The notes: generated by a model from the letters alone, not told the origin. 64,000 nucleotides of DNA from Clostridiales bacterium (GCA_022763735.1 JALEQY010000065.1:5662-69661); one strand, 5' to 3'. Positions 50,329 to 59,954 are shown, counted from the stretch's first letter. Program-made: numbers and translations.

Positions 50329-53300
50329 TCAAGCGGATACTATTTCAAGTTCTTCTTGCTCTATTTTCACCATAGTTTTCCTGGCAAAAATCCTGTACAT
50401 CACAGGTATTATTATAAGTGTTGTCAGCGTAGCATATATGAGTCCTCCAATACACACAAGCGCAACAGGCTGTACCATTTCAGCACCTGTTCCCAGCCCG
50501 ACTGCCAGTGGCAGTAGACCGAGAACAGTTGTCACAGCTGTCATTATTACAGGTCTCATTCTGGCTGAACCGGCACCGATGATAGCCTCCTCCATATCCA
50601 TGCCTTCGAGCCTGAATCTGTTGATACAGTCAACCAGTACAATAGCATTGTTTACAACTATACCCATCAGCATTACAAATCCCATCATGGACACAACGCT
50701 CACTTCCTTGCCGCATATGAACAATGCCATCATGCCTCCGGTAAATGCCAGCGGAATTGTGAAAATAACAATGAGCGGAGACCTGAGAGACTGGAACTGT
50801 GCCACCATGATAAGGTATACGAGAATAAAACCTACAACCATCATGAGCAGCATCTGCTGCATTGCATCTGTGATCTCTTTGTTTTCTCCTCCGTATTCAA
50901 TCTCCACACCATCGGGAACAAGCCTGCTTTCTTTTATCATTTCTTTAATTCTGCCGGTGACTATAGTAACATTGCTGCCGTCCTTTACACCTGCGGTTAT
51001 CTGAAGGGTTCTCTTCTGGTTATTATGCTCTATGTCGTTCAGAGAAGCATCACTCTTAATCGACGCTATTGAAGATAATGTCACTTTTTCCTTAGTGCCA
51101 TCCTGTTTATCAACTGTCAGCCTGAAATTCTTAAGATCTTCCTTATCAAAAGTATCATTATTTGCATTCTCAACGACAACATCCAGACTTCCTCCGGTAT
51201 GATTCAGTGTAGTAGCAGTGGTATCCTTGGCTATTTTCTCTGATATCTGCTGATATACCTGAGCTGTTGTCAGACCATATTTCATTGCCTGATTCTTATC
51301 AACTACAACCCTGAGTTCCTCAGTGCTGCCTTCGTTAACATCTGATATTTCTTCAAGTGAATCCATTTTGCTAAGCTCGCGTTCAATGTTTGATGCGGTT
51401 TTTCGCAGAAGATCAAGATCATCGCTGTACAATCTGATATCCACATCTGAACCGCCCATCATCGACGACATATCCATATCTGCAGAAGTCGTAATTTCAC
51501 AATTGTATTCTTCGGCAAGCCTCTCCAGTCTGCTGCTGATAAGTTTGCCGTTTTCCGCTTTATCTTCGTCAAGAATAATATAAAGCATTGTGGACGTCAC
51601 ATCCTGTTCAGCAGAGGACATTCCCATCATCCCCATCGTATCGCTTGAAAGCATCGCACCTACAGTTTCAACTCCATCGATTTTTTCTATTTCACCGGTT
51701 ATCTTATCTGTAACATCCGATGTTTCCTCCAGAGTGCTTTCGTCAGGCATCTGTACCGTAGCAGAAATCTGAGGAGTACTCATCGAAGGCATGAATGAAA
51801 ATCCTCTGACTAATGCAAGCCCGGAAAATGCAAACAGAAGTACAACTGCACATATTATCACAGTTTTCTTGTGGCCAAGACTCCATGTCACAACTTTTTT
51901 ATATTTTTCCAGTACCCTGCTTCCTTTACCGAGCACTGACTTCTTAGGATTTCGGACAAGCATTCCCTTTGCCATGGCAGGCACCAGTGTAAGGGCAACA
52001 ATAAGGCTCGCTATCAGCGAGTATGCTATAGTGAGAGCAAGATCAAGGAAGATATCTTTTGTCATTCCATCCACGAAAACAATCGGTACAAATACGCATA
52101 TCGTAGTAAGCGTCGATGCTGTGATAGCGCCTGCAACCTGAACAGCCCCTGATACAGCCGCCTGTGTCCTGCTGTATCCCAGCTCCCTCAGTCTGTAAAT
52201 GTTTTCTATAACAACGATGGAGTTGTCCACAAGCATGCCTACACCCACCGCAAGACCAGACAGAGAAATCATGTTCAGAGTCACTCCGCTGAAATACATC
52301 AGAGCAACTGCAAAAATCACACTTATGGGAATGCTTACTGCTGTTATCACGGTCGGCCTGATATCTCTAAGGAAAAACAGCAGAATAAGAATTGCCAGCA
52401 GTGCCCCCAGAGCCAGATTCTGAAGCACTGAATTGATAACTATATGAATATATTCCCCCTGATCAGACAGCATTGTAAACTCAAGTCCATCATGTTCACT
52501 TTCGAGTGTTTCAAATGCTTCCGATATATTTTCTGAAACCACTGCCGTGGCATAGCTTGACTGCTTCGTGAAGCTGAGAAGCACGCCGTTTTCTCCGTTT
52601 ATTTTCGCATAAGTATCTTCGCCTTTGTTTGAATACGTCACCGTGGCTATGTCCGAAAGTCTGACGGGGTCCACGCCATCAATATCCATATCCACCAGAA
52701 CAAGATTCTCCAGTTCTGATTTATTGCTGATTTTATCGCCTACACTTACAAGCACATCAGCTTTGCCGTCACTTATATATCCTGCCGGCATTGAAAAATT
52801 CTGTGCGTTGAGTATGGCCGTAATGTTGTTCATGGTAAGTACGCCTGTCATATCGGCACTTGCCAGAGCTGCCTCTTCGGATCCTTTGACCTCTTCAAGC
52901 GCACTCTGAAGCTGGTTGACTGTAGATGTCAGAGTACTCTCAGCTGCTGCAAGATCAGAATATTTCGTGCCTAACTCAAATGTAGTCTGCTGACTCTGCT
53001 GATCCAGATTCTTTATTGCATCATCTATCGCTTCAAGCTGTGCATCGATTGTACCCAGCTGTGCATATGTCTTTTCAAATTCATCGATACTGGAAAATCC
53101 TGCAGCCTTTATCGCTTCTTCACATTGCTCTGTTACGGCCTCGATTCCGCTGTTCTTAGCAGCCTGATACTGTTCATAAAGCTGGCTGATACTATCCTGA
53201 TTCTCCTTAAGGGTCTCAAGCTGTTTACGACTTTCTTCAAGCTTTCTCTTCGCTGCACTTATCTGCTTGGCAGCCTGCTTCTGGCCATCAGTCACGGCTT

Positions 53301-53997
53301 CTTTGCCTTCTTCTACCTTGGCCTTGCCTTCTTCAGCCGCATTGATACCGCTGCTTATCTGACCTTTTGCTGAAGCCATCTGCCCAGATATTGCAGATGA
53401 TATTTCTTCATTGATTTCATCGATTTTATCCTGCGACAGCACGATCTGAATGTTATCCTCTACCATGCCCATCGTGTTGAGAGCTGCCACACCTTCTACT
53501 CCTTCAAGGGTGCTTTCCAGATTTTCCTTAGTGAACTCCGACACCTCACCCGGTGATTTGCCTTCCATGCCTACCGCAGCTGTAACTACAGGAACCATAT
53601 CCAGATTTATCTTCATAACAACCGGAGTGCCTGAATTCTCCGGAAAATTTCCTTCAATCTGGTCGATTTTATCTCTTATATCTACGGAAATAGCATCCAT
53701 ATTGACATCATCCGAGAATTCTATCTGTATGACAGAATAATTTGCCGAAGATACAGACATGATGTTTTTAAGATTACTCAAAGTAGCAAGCTGTTTTTCC
53801 ATGGGCTCGCTGATCTCTGTCTCTATTTCCTCCGGACTTGCTCCAGGATAGGTTGTCATTACAATTACATACGGTGTATTTATCTTAGGAAAAAGATCCG
53901 GGGTCATCTTCATGAAAGAAATAACTCCGAAAACAAGAACAATGACAACTGCAACAAATACTGTAAATGGTTTCTTCACGCTGAATTTTGATAGCAT
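50329..53997 (-). CDS. RND-superfamily efflux permease (AcrB/AcrD/AcrF family) with a large coiled-coil insertion
   Basis: 1222 aa. The N-terminus MLSKFSVKKPFTVFVAVVIVLVFG is typical for the family, and there are two 6-TM bundles. Residues ~185-395 are heptad-like and rich in A, E, K and Q. Confidence 0.9.
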   Translation of the reverse strand: MLSKFSVKKPFTVFVAVVIVLVFGVISFMKMTPDLFPKINTPYVIVMTTYPGASPEEIETEISEPMEKQLATLSNLKNIMSVSSANYSVIQIEFSDDVNMDAISVDIRDKIDQIEGNFPENSGTPVVMKINLDMVPVVTAAVGMEGKSPGEVSEFTKENLESTLEGVEGVAALNTMGMVEDNIQIVLSQDKIDEINEEISSAISGQMASAKGQISSGINAAEEGKAKVEEGKEAVTDGQKQAAKQISAAKRKLEESRKQLETLKENQDSISQLYEQYQAAKNSGIEAVTEQCEEAIKAAGFSSIDEFEKTYAQLGTIDAQLEAIDDAIKNLDQQSQQTTFELGTKYSDLAAAESTLTSTVNQLQSALEEVKGSEEAALASADMTGVLTMNNITAILNAQNFSMPAGYISDGKADVLVSVGDKISNKSELENLVLVDMDIDGVDPVRLSDIATVTYSNKGEDTYAKINGENGVLLSFTKQSSYATAVVSENISEAFETLESEHDGLEFTMLSDQGEYIHIVINSVLQNLALGALLAILILLFFLRDIRPTVITAVSIPISVIFAVALMYFSGVTLNMISLSGLAVGVGMLVDNSIVVIENIYRLRELGYSRTQAAVSGAVQVAGAITASTLTTICVFVPIVFVDGMTKDIFLDLALTIAYSLIASLIVALTLVPAMAKGMLVRNPKKSVLGKGSRVLEKYKKVVTWSLGHKKTVIICAVVLLFAFSGLALVRGFSFMPSMSTPQISATVQMPDESTLEETSDVTDKITGEIEKIDGVETVGAMLSSDTMGMMGMSSAEQDVTSTMLYIILDEDKAENGKLISSRLERLAEEYNCEITTSADMDMSSMMGGSDVDIRLYSDDLDLLRKTASNIERELSKMDSLEEISDVNEGSTEELRVVVDKNQAMKYGLTTAQVYQQISEKIAKDTTATTLNHTGGSLDVVVENANNDTFDKEDLKNFRLTVDKQDGTKEKVTLSSIASIKSDASLNDIEHNNQKRTLQITAGVKDGSNVTIVTGRIKEMIKESRLVPDGVEIEYGGENKEITDAMQQMLLMMVVGFILVYLIMVAQFQSLRSPLIVIFTIPLAFTGGMMALFICGKEVSVVSMMGFVMLMGIVVNNAIVLVDCINRFRLEGMDMEEAIIGAGSARMRPVIMTAVTTVLGLLPLAVGLGTGAEMVQPVALVCIGGLIYATLTTLIIIPVMYRIFARKTMVKIEQEELEIVSA

Positions 53998-54070
53998 CCC
54001 GTTTCTCCTTTTCCTGGATCTGATAATAATCTATTGCATTATACTATATCCGTATTTTAAATCAAGTATG

Positions 54071-54110
54071 CAAAAACCTGACAAGGTATCCCGCAGCATA
54101 CCTGCAGGTT
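54071..54110 (-). terminator. imperfect hairpin plus U-tract after the lysozyme gene
   Basis: The minus strand pairs AACCTG.AGGTAT with ATACCT..CAGGTT and is followed by TTTTTG. It overlaps the stop codon by 2 nt. Confidence 0.45.
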
Positions 54111-54912
54111 ACCTGCCGCTGTATTTTCTGAATTCCCACTCGCTGCCGTTAAACACATTGAGATCCACATACTTCTCACCACCGGCAATGTTTTCTGACA
54201 CACCTCTGAAGGTATACTGACAGAACAGCCAGTCTCTGCCGTCAGGAAGAGTATCAGAAATTTCCGGGTCACTTATCCATACAGGATAATCATCATATCT
54301 TCCCGAAATATAACTGCTGTATATATATGAGTTGGTATAGATTATGGGTTTCCTGTCATATCGTTTTTCAAGCAGCTCAAGCATTACATCAAGAACTTCA
54401 TAAACCTTAACATGTTCCGGATGTTTCTCATTATAGATGCCGTAAAACTCCACATCAATTGCAGGAGGCATCATGCCACGCTTCTTTTCAACGTTATTAA
54501 TATAATTCTCCGCCTGGGTGACTCCTGATGAATCATAGCTGAGAAAGTGATATGCACTTATTTTCATATCTGTTCTGCCGGCTTCTTTCCAGTTGTATTC
54601 GAAATTACTGTCTGTGAGGGAACTTCCTTCAGTTGCCTTGATAAAAGCGAACCGATAGCCTTCTTTTTCAAGTCCTTTCCAGTCTATTTCCTTCTGGAAT
54701 TCCGAAACATCCACCCCTTTTACCGGATACGGATTACTGCTGTCGATCCGGGAACCTGTAATATAATAGTATATATTCTGCGACACAGTAAAAACAGCAA
54801 TAATAATAACAGCAAAAAGCACAAGTGCAATCATCCTGCCCATGAAACCTGCACTCTTTCTCTTTTTAACTGTTCTCCTGCGTTGTCTTCTGATTCTTTT
54901 ATTTCCTGCCAT
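54109..54912 (-). CDS. GH25-family lysozyme (muramidase) with an N-terminal membrane anchor
   Basis: 267 aa. GVDVSEFQKEIDWKGL...FAFIKATEG...AYHF is the GH25 signature. The N-terminus is basic and is followed by a TM segment. Confidence 0.88.
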   Translation of the reverse strand: MAGNKRIRRQRRRTVKKRKSAGFMGRMIALVLFAVIIIAVFTVSQNIYYYITGSRIDSSNPYPVKGVDVSEFQKEIDWKGLEKEGYRFAFIKATEGSSLTDSNFEYNWKEAGRTDMKISAYHFLSYDSSGVTQAENYINNVEKKRGMMPPAIDVEFYGIYNEKHPEHVKVYEVLDVMLELLEKRYDRKPIIYTNSYIYSSYISGRYDDYPVWISDPEISDTLPDGRDWLFCQYTFRGVSENIAGGEKYVDLNVFNGSEWEFRKYSGR

Positions 54913-55016
54913 ATTCAGAGTTACTGCTTTAAAACAATAAATATACCTTGTTAAGTATATATTTTATCAGAATTTATTTCAAGAAAATAAAAATATATTC
55001 ACAGAATGTTCAATTT

Positions 55017-55062
55017 AACAGAAAACGTGTATAAATCATAAGTCTGTATGATTCATACACGT
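55017..55062 (-). terminator. rho-independent terminator after the alcohol dehydrogenase gene
   Basis: The minus strand reads ACGTGTATGAATCATA-loop-TATGATTTATACACGT followed by TTTTC, 15 nt after the stop at 55077. Confidence 0.65.
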
Positions 55063-55076
55063 CCTGTCGTATCATA

Positions 55077-56204
55077 TCAGAAAGGAGTGACTTCACTCAG
55101 TATTGCTGCTATGTCTTCAGCTCCGGCTGCCCTCGGGTTTGTGGCAGTACAGGTGTCTGCAAGTGCTGCCTGAACCATTTCATCTTTAATGTTTTTCACA
55201 GCCTCCGGATCAACATCCAGTCTCTTTAACGTATCAGGGATTCCGAATGCACGTTTCATCTCTTCAATTCTTCGTATAAGGCTGTTGACTGCTACTACTG
55301 TATTAGCATACGGAAGCCCTATGAGTTTAGACATGCGCTGATATTTCCTGGCGCTCAGAGTCTTCTCACAGGCACCTGTATCAGCATTAAAAGCAATTAC
55401 GTGAGGCAGTACCAGAGCATTTGCCCTGCCGTGGGATATATGAAACTTACCTCCTATTGTATGGGCAATGCTGTGACATATACCCAGTCCCGCAGTATTA
55501 AAAGCCATGCCGGCGAGGCAGGATGCATTATGTACCTTTTCCCTAGCCAGCAGATCGTCCCCGTTCTTATATGCCTGAGGCAGGAATCTCATCAGAAGTG
55601 TTACTGCTTTCTCTGCCAGCGCGTCAGTGAAATCGGTAGCCTCTGTTGAAACATACGCCTCAAGAGCATGTGCCAGCGCATCCATCCCTGTATCTGCCGT
55701 AATGGCCGGCGGCACTGTCCTTACCAGTTCCGGGTCGAGTATCGCCACCATCGGCTGCAGTGCTTCACTCACCAGGGGGTATTTGACACCCTCCTGAGCA
55801 TTCGTAATTACAGAGAATTTCGTCACCTCAGAACCTGTACCGCTTGTGGTCGGAATGGCGAAGCATTCTTCCACCTTTACCATTCCAAGCTGGCACGACA
55901 GTTCTCTTATGGCTTTGGCTGCATCTATCGATGATCCTCCGCCTACCGCAATCATGACTTCGGCCCTGCATTCGTCAAGGCATCTGATACCTTCTGCCAC
56001 CACCTCAACCGGAGGATCCGGCACTATGCTGCTGAACACATATACATCACACGTGTCCAGATATCCTTTTATCCTGTCAACAACACCTGAATTTTTCATG
56101 AATTCATCGCACACTATCAGAACACGCTTGTTATTAAGCTGCTGAAGTCTGCCCAGTGAATTTTCACCAAAAAACACATTTGTGCTGATACTGAATTCCT
56201 TCAT
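55077..56204 (-). CDS. iron-containing (group III) alcohol dehydrogenase, EutG/PduQ-like
   Basis: The start was trimmed to ATG 56204 ([13 protein letters not shown]) behind AGAGGA. It has the [10 protein letters not shown] motif and the metal-binding His cluster [17 protein letters not shown]. Confidence 0.9.
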   Translation of the reverse strand: MKEFSISTNVFFGENSLGRLQQLNNKRVLIVCDEFMKNSGVVDRIKGYLDTCDVYVFSSIVPDPPVEVVAEGIRCLDECRAEVMIAVGGGSSIDAAKAIRELSCQLGMVKVEECFAIPTTSGTGSEVTKFSVITNAQEGVKYPLVSEALQPMVAILDPELVRTVPPAITADTGMDALAHALEAYVSTEATDFTDALAEKAVTLLMRFLPQAYKNGDDLLAREKVHNASCLAGMAFNTAGLGICHSIAHTIGGKFHISHGRANALVLPHVIAFNADTGACEKTLSARKYQRMSKLIGLPYANTVVAVNSLIRRIEEMKRAFGIPDTLKRLDVDPEAVKNIKDEMVQAALADTCTATNPRAAGAEDIAAILSEVTPF

Positions 56205-56220
56205 TTTCTTGTCCTCTTTC

Positions 56221-56544
56221 CTAATGTGATGTCCCTGCAACATTCAGGATCACAACACCTGCCAGTATAAGCAGAATCCCGAAAATACCCGCCGGAGTTA
56301 TACCTTCTTTAAAAATCAGTACAGATACCAGGGTGGATACAACTATACCAAGTCCTGACCATAATGCATATGCGAAGCTGAGATTGATTCCTTCAAGAGA
56401 TCTTGAAAAGCTGTAAAAACAGATTACATACGATATTATCACTATGATCGAAGGTCCGAGTCTGGTGAATCCCTCCGTTGATTTCAGAAAACTGGTGCCC
56501 ACAAGCTCACCTGCTATAGCAGCTGCCAGAAACAAATTGTGCAT
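56221..56544 (-). CDS. small multidrug resistance (SMR/EmrE-Gdx) family transporter
   Basis: 107 aa with four TM segments. The conserved membrane Glu is in [10 protein letters not shown], and the AYALWSGLG motif is present. Confidence 0.9.
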   Translation of the reverse strand: MHNLFLAAAIAGELVGTSFLKSTEGFTRLGPSIIVIISYVICFYSFSRSLEGINLSFAYALWSGLGIVVSTLVSVLIFKEGITPAGIFGILLILAGVVILNVAGTSH

Positions 56545-56565
56545 TGTGCATTCAGCCCCTTTCTG

Positions 56566-57876
56566 TCATCGTCTGTTATAGCCAGTGTGGAGAAGTCTGT
56601 GAGAAAGCTCACCCAAAGGCTTACCATAAAATTCACTGTATACGCGTGCAATTTCCGGATTATCAGTTGAATTTCGCAGTGTCATTCTCTCATCTTCAGA
56701 ATACATACTTTTAATTCTGCTCTTTCTTATATCATCGGTTACTGGTATTGTGTGCATCTGAGGCTGTCCTGCACCGCTTATACAGCCTCCCGGGCATGTC
56801 ATCACTTCTATAAAATGATAATCGGAAATATCTCCATCAAGGAATTGAGCTGCATTGGCAGTCCCATATATTACAGCCACCTTGATAATGCTGTCGCCAA
56901 TATTCAAAGATGCTTCTTTTATACCTTTCATACCTCGCACATCTTCGAAATGCAGCAGACTGTCAGGAGCTTTTTCTCCCGTCAGGCTCTGGTATGCCAT
57001 TCTGAGTGCAGCTTCCATGACACCGCCTGTATTACCGAATATCACACCGGCCCCGCTGCCTTTACCAAGAATAGAATCAAATGGCATATCCGGCAGGCTT
57101 GCAAAATCAATATTCTTCTCTTCCATCAGCTGAGCCAGTTCCTTAGTGGTAATAACATAGTCATTATCGCGTATTTCCGGTTTTCCCAGAAGAATTCCTG
57201 CATCATTGAGCTCAGGTCTTCTGATTTCTGCCTTTTTTGCAGTACAAGGTGTCACGTTGACTGTTATGATAGAAGAAGGATCCAGCCCGGCTTTTGCTGC
57301 AAAATAAGATTTTATTGTTGCACCCTGCATACCGATAGGGCTTTTGGCAGTGGACAAATGCGGTAGCATTTCGGGATAGAATTTTTCTACATATTTTACC
57401 CAGGCAGGACAGCAGCTGGTGAACTGTGGCAGAGGACCGCTGCCGGTCAGGATTCTGCTGAGAAGCTCACATCCCTCTTCTATTATTGTCAGGTCAGCTG
57501 AAAAAGTCACATCGAACACATAATCTGCTCCAAGTGTCTTAATTGCAGCAACCATTTTTCCTTCTGAATACACGCCTGCTTTGTCAAGAAAAGCATCTCC
57601 TATACCAACTCTCACAGAAGGTGATGTGGAAAAAACTACGATCTTTGACTTGTCAGTCAGCGCATCCTTAACCTGTTGAATTTCAGGCTTTACACGTATG
57701 GCCTGCTCCGGGCATGCTGCACTGCACTGCCCGCAATTTATACATATATAACCGTCTACTCCTGTATTCTCATCACATGCAGCCAGACAGTGTCCGCACT
57801 CGACGCATAAACTGTCATCTTTTATTATTGCAGGATTATCGGGTTTTACAGAGATACAGCGTTCATATCTTTCCAT
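56566..57876 (-). CDS. hydA: [FeFe]-hydrogenase, monomeric, with an N-terminal 2x[4Fe-4S] ferredoxin domain
   Basis: The start was trimmed to ATG 57876 behind AAAGGAG. The H-cluster motifs are FTSCCPAW, VTPCTAKKAE and VMTCPGGCISGAGQP. The ferredoxin motifs are CVECGHCLAAC and CINCGQCSAACP. Confidence 0.92.
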   Translation of the reverse strand: MERYERCISVKPDNPAIIKDDSLCVECGHCLAACDENTGVDGYICINCGQCSAACPEQAIRVKPEIQQVKDALTDKSKIVVFSTSPSVRVGIGDAFLDKAGVYSEGKMVAAIKTLGADYVFDVTFSADLTIIEEGCELLSRILTGSGPLPQFTSCCPAWVKYVEKFYPEMLPHLSTAKSPIGMQGATIKSYFAAKAGLDPSSIITVNVTPCTAKKAEIRRPELNDAGILLGKPEIRDNDYVITTKELAQLMEEKNIDFASLPDMPFDSILGKGSGAGVIFGNTGGVMEAALRMAYQSLTGEKAPDSLLHFEDVRGMKGIKEASLNIGDSIIKVAVIYGTANAAQFLDGDISDYHFIEVMTCPGGCISGAGQPQMHTIPVTDDIRKSRIKSMYSEDERMTLRNSTDNPEIARVYSEFYGKPLGELSHRLLHTGYNRR

Positions 57877-57901
57877 ATATATGCTCCTTTCTCTCTGTAC
57901 T

Positions 57902-59896
57902 TTACAGCCCAAGACCTGAGCGTTTTTCCATAATTACAGCTTCGAGTGTATCAGCAGATGTTTCAATATCTGTATCTATAATCAGCTGTCCGCCAGTTAT
58001 ATCCTTCATCTTATCTGTCAGGATATCAACAGCAACAGGGCTTCCTGTTACAAAAGGCGGAAGTCCGAGATGAACAGTGAATCCAAGTGCCAGAGCAAAT
58101 GCACCATCAGCTAGAGCCTGTTCCTCAAGCCACTGCGGCGCAGACATAACTATTGGAAGTTGCGGGATATCAACTCCCAGATCTGCGGCAATTTCTCCTG
58201 CTACAAGCTCCATACGGCCAATAGCCAGACACGGCCCGAAATTTAGAACCGGCGGGATTCTCAGAGATTTACATACTTCTTTAAGACTGTCACCGGCCAG
58301 CTCTGCGGCTTCAGGGCTCATAAGTCCGCAGTTTTCAAGACCACCACATGTACAGCCGGCAGAAAGTACAAGTATGTTCTTTTTTATCAGCTGTTTTGTA
58401 AGCTCTACAGTATAAACATCGTGCCCTTTAGCACGCAGGTTTGAACACCCCACTACTCCTGCTATTCCTTTGATTTTACCTTGCTTAATAAGGTCGATAA
58501 GCGGTCCATAGCTTCCGCCAAGGAACTGTTTCAGTGTTACCTCAGTGACACCGGTAATTGCATTATGTACACCATGTGATGCCATTGGATTTATTCTGTT
58601 TTTGCTCTGCGATACCATTTGAGTCAGAGCATTCTGCAGGTCAGTCATATCAGCTTCTCCACCAGCAAGGCAGCGACTCAATGCACTAACCAGCTTCTGA
58701 GTATTATCCGGTGTCATGCTGCTGCGTCTGGATCTGTATGAGTCAATTGCCTTGTCAACGATGCTTCTACTGATTTCGCTTCTGTCTTCCCATGTAAAAT
58801 GAACGTAATCAGCATTGCGTTTCTTGGCAACATCGTCCAAGCAGATCTGTGGTATTTCAAGATTATCACATATAGGTTCAATTCCCGGCAGTGTACAGTT
58901 GAATTCAGATACGATAAGATCTATGCAGCCTGTTGCCAGCACAGCCTCGCTTGTATAGTTGTTTCCCGCATGACCACAGAACGCATCGGTTCCGGCAGCT
59001 TTCCTCAACTGAAAATCCTGACCGACACATGTACATCCAACAAGCTTTACAGCTTTCGCACCTGCTGCTTCAGCCCTGTTAATTACATCTTCAGAAACCA
59101 GATATTCCTGAAGATCACTGAAAAATGCATGCTGATGTCCTGTTATCATAATATTGACGCATTCCGGATCGACCACCTGGATTCCAACAGGTTCAAAACT
59201 TATTTCTCCTTCTCCCATCAATACGTCGTTAATCAGGTTTGTCAGAACCAGTCCGTAAACGCCCGTAGAAATACCAAGTCTCAGACATTGATGAAGCATA
59301 TTGACAGGGTCTGAATTCAAGTTAGTTGAGGATTTTACAACTGCATTGAAGATTTCATCCTTCGCACCACCAGGGAGAATATCAATTTTCTCCCATGCCT
59401 GACTTCTCAATGGATAAGCTATTTCTTTCACCAGCTCCATTTTTTCATCAGCAGGTCTGTATAAATCCTGAAGCACTTTGTCAGCTATTTTCTCCGCTTT
59501 GTCCCAGTCGCTGCCACCTTTTACATCCAGCATGTCAGCAAGTCTCAAAAGGGCGTTTTTGCTCCTTATTCCTGTCTTGGCCTGTGCAGATTTCTTTAAC
59601 TGTTTTGCAGCATTTTCCACTACATGGATATAGCATCCGGAGCCTGCGGCAACAGAGCGCAGAAAATTTCTGACAGCGATAGTATCTGCATCCGCTCCGC
59701 ATACACCTCTGGGTCTTGCAGGCGAAATACGACAAGGACCGTTGGAGCATAATCTGCAGCATATACCCTGAAGTCCATATCCGCATTTATTTTCCTGATT
59801 TATCATTCTATGGTGAGACGTTTCAATGTCCAGTTCCTTTATGAAATTTTCCAGTACTTTGTCTGCATCATTGCAGATAGTTATCTTCTTATCCAT
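57902..59896 (-). CDS. cooS: anaerobic Ni-dependent carbon monoxide dehydrogenase catalytic subunit
   Basis: 664 aa. The N-terminal CGYGLQGICCRLCSNGPCRI...GVCGA gives C-x7-CC-x2-C-x4-C for the D/B clusters. Later segments with candidate C-cluster ligands are ITGHQHA, VGCTCVG, EFNCTLPG, VVGCSN, SAGCTCGG and FGPCLA. Confidence 0.9.
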   Translation of the reverse strand: MDKKITICNDADKVLENFIKELDIETSHHRMINQENKCGYGLQGICCRLCSNGPCRISPARPRGVCGADADTIAVRNFLRSVAAGSGCYIHVVENAAKQLKKSAQAKTGIRSKNALLRLADMLDVKGGSDWDKAEKIADKVLQDLYRPADEKMELVKEIAYPLRSQAWEKIDILPGGAKDEIFNAVVKSSTNLNSDPVNMLHQCLRLGISTGVYGLVLTNLINDVLMGEGEISFEPVGIQVVDPECVNIMITGHQHAFFSDLQEYLVSEDVINRAEAAGAKAVKLVGCTCVGQDFQLRKAAGTDAFCGHAGNNYTSEAVLATGCIDLIVSEFNCTLPGIEPICDNLEIPQICLDDVAKKRNADYVHFTWEDRSEISRSIVDKAIDSYRSRRSSMTPDNTQKLVSALSRCLAGGEADMTDLQNALTQMVSQSKNRINPMASHGVHNAITGVTEVTLKQFLGGSYGPLIDLIKQGKIKGIAGVVGCSNLRAKGHDVYTVELTKQLIKKNILVLSAGCTCGGLENCGLMSPEAAELAGDSLKEVCKSLRIPPVLNFGPCLAIGRMELVAGEIAADLGVDIPQLPIVMSAPQWLEEQALADGAFALALGFTVHLGLPPFVTGSPVAVDILTDKMKDITGGQLIIDTDIETSADTLEAVIMEKRSGLGL

Positions 59897-59924
59897 AACA
59901 TAACCTCATAACTTCTGTTAAATA

Positions 59925-59954
59925 CAGGGGTGGGCATACATACACCCACCCCTG
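59925..59954 (-). terminator. 10-bp GC-rich hairpin between BMC-H and cooS (terminator or attenuator)
   Basis: The minus strand reads CAGGGGTGGG-TGTATGTATG-CCCACCCCTG followed by TATTTAAC. It lies 20 nt after the BMC-H stop and 28 nt before the cooS ATG. Confidence 0.55.

Noticed and set aside
50173-50517. A 114-aa plus-strand ORF spanning the yajC-RND intergenic region.
   Set aside because: It runs straight through the antisense of tRNA-Leu and into the RND gene 3' end, and it has no RBS or protein-like features.
57902-59896. Hybrid cluster protein (hydroxylamine reductase) as an alternative call for the 664-aa Cys-rich protein.
   Set aside because: The N-terminal C-x7-CC-x2-C-x4-C pattern within CGYGLQGICCRLCSNGPCR, together with the protein length, fits CooS. 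HCP starts with a different CxxC-type N-terminus.
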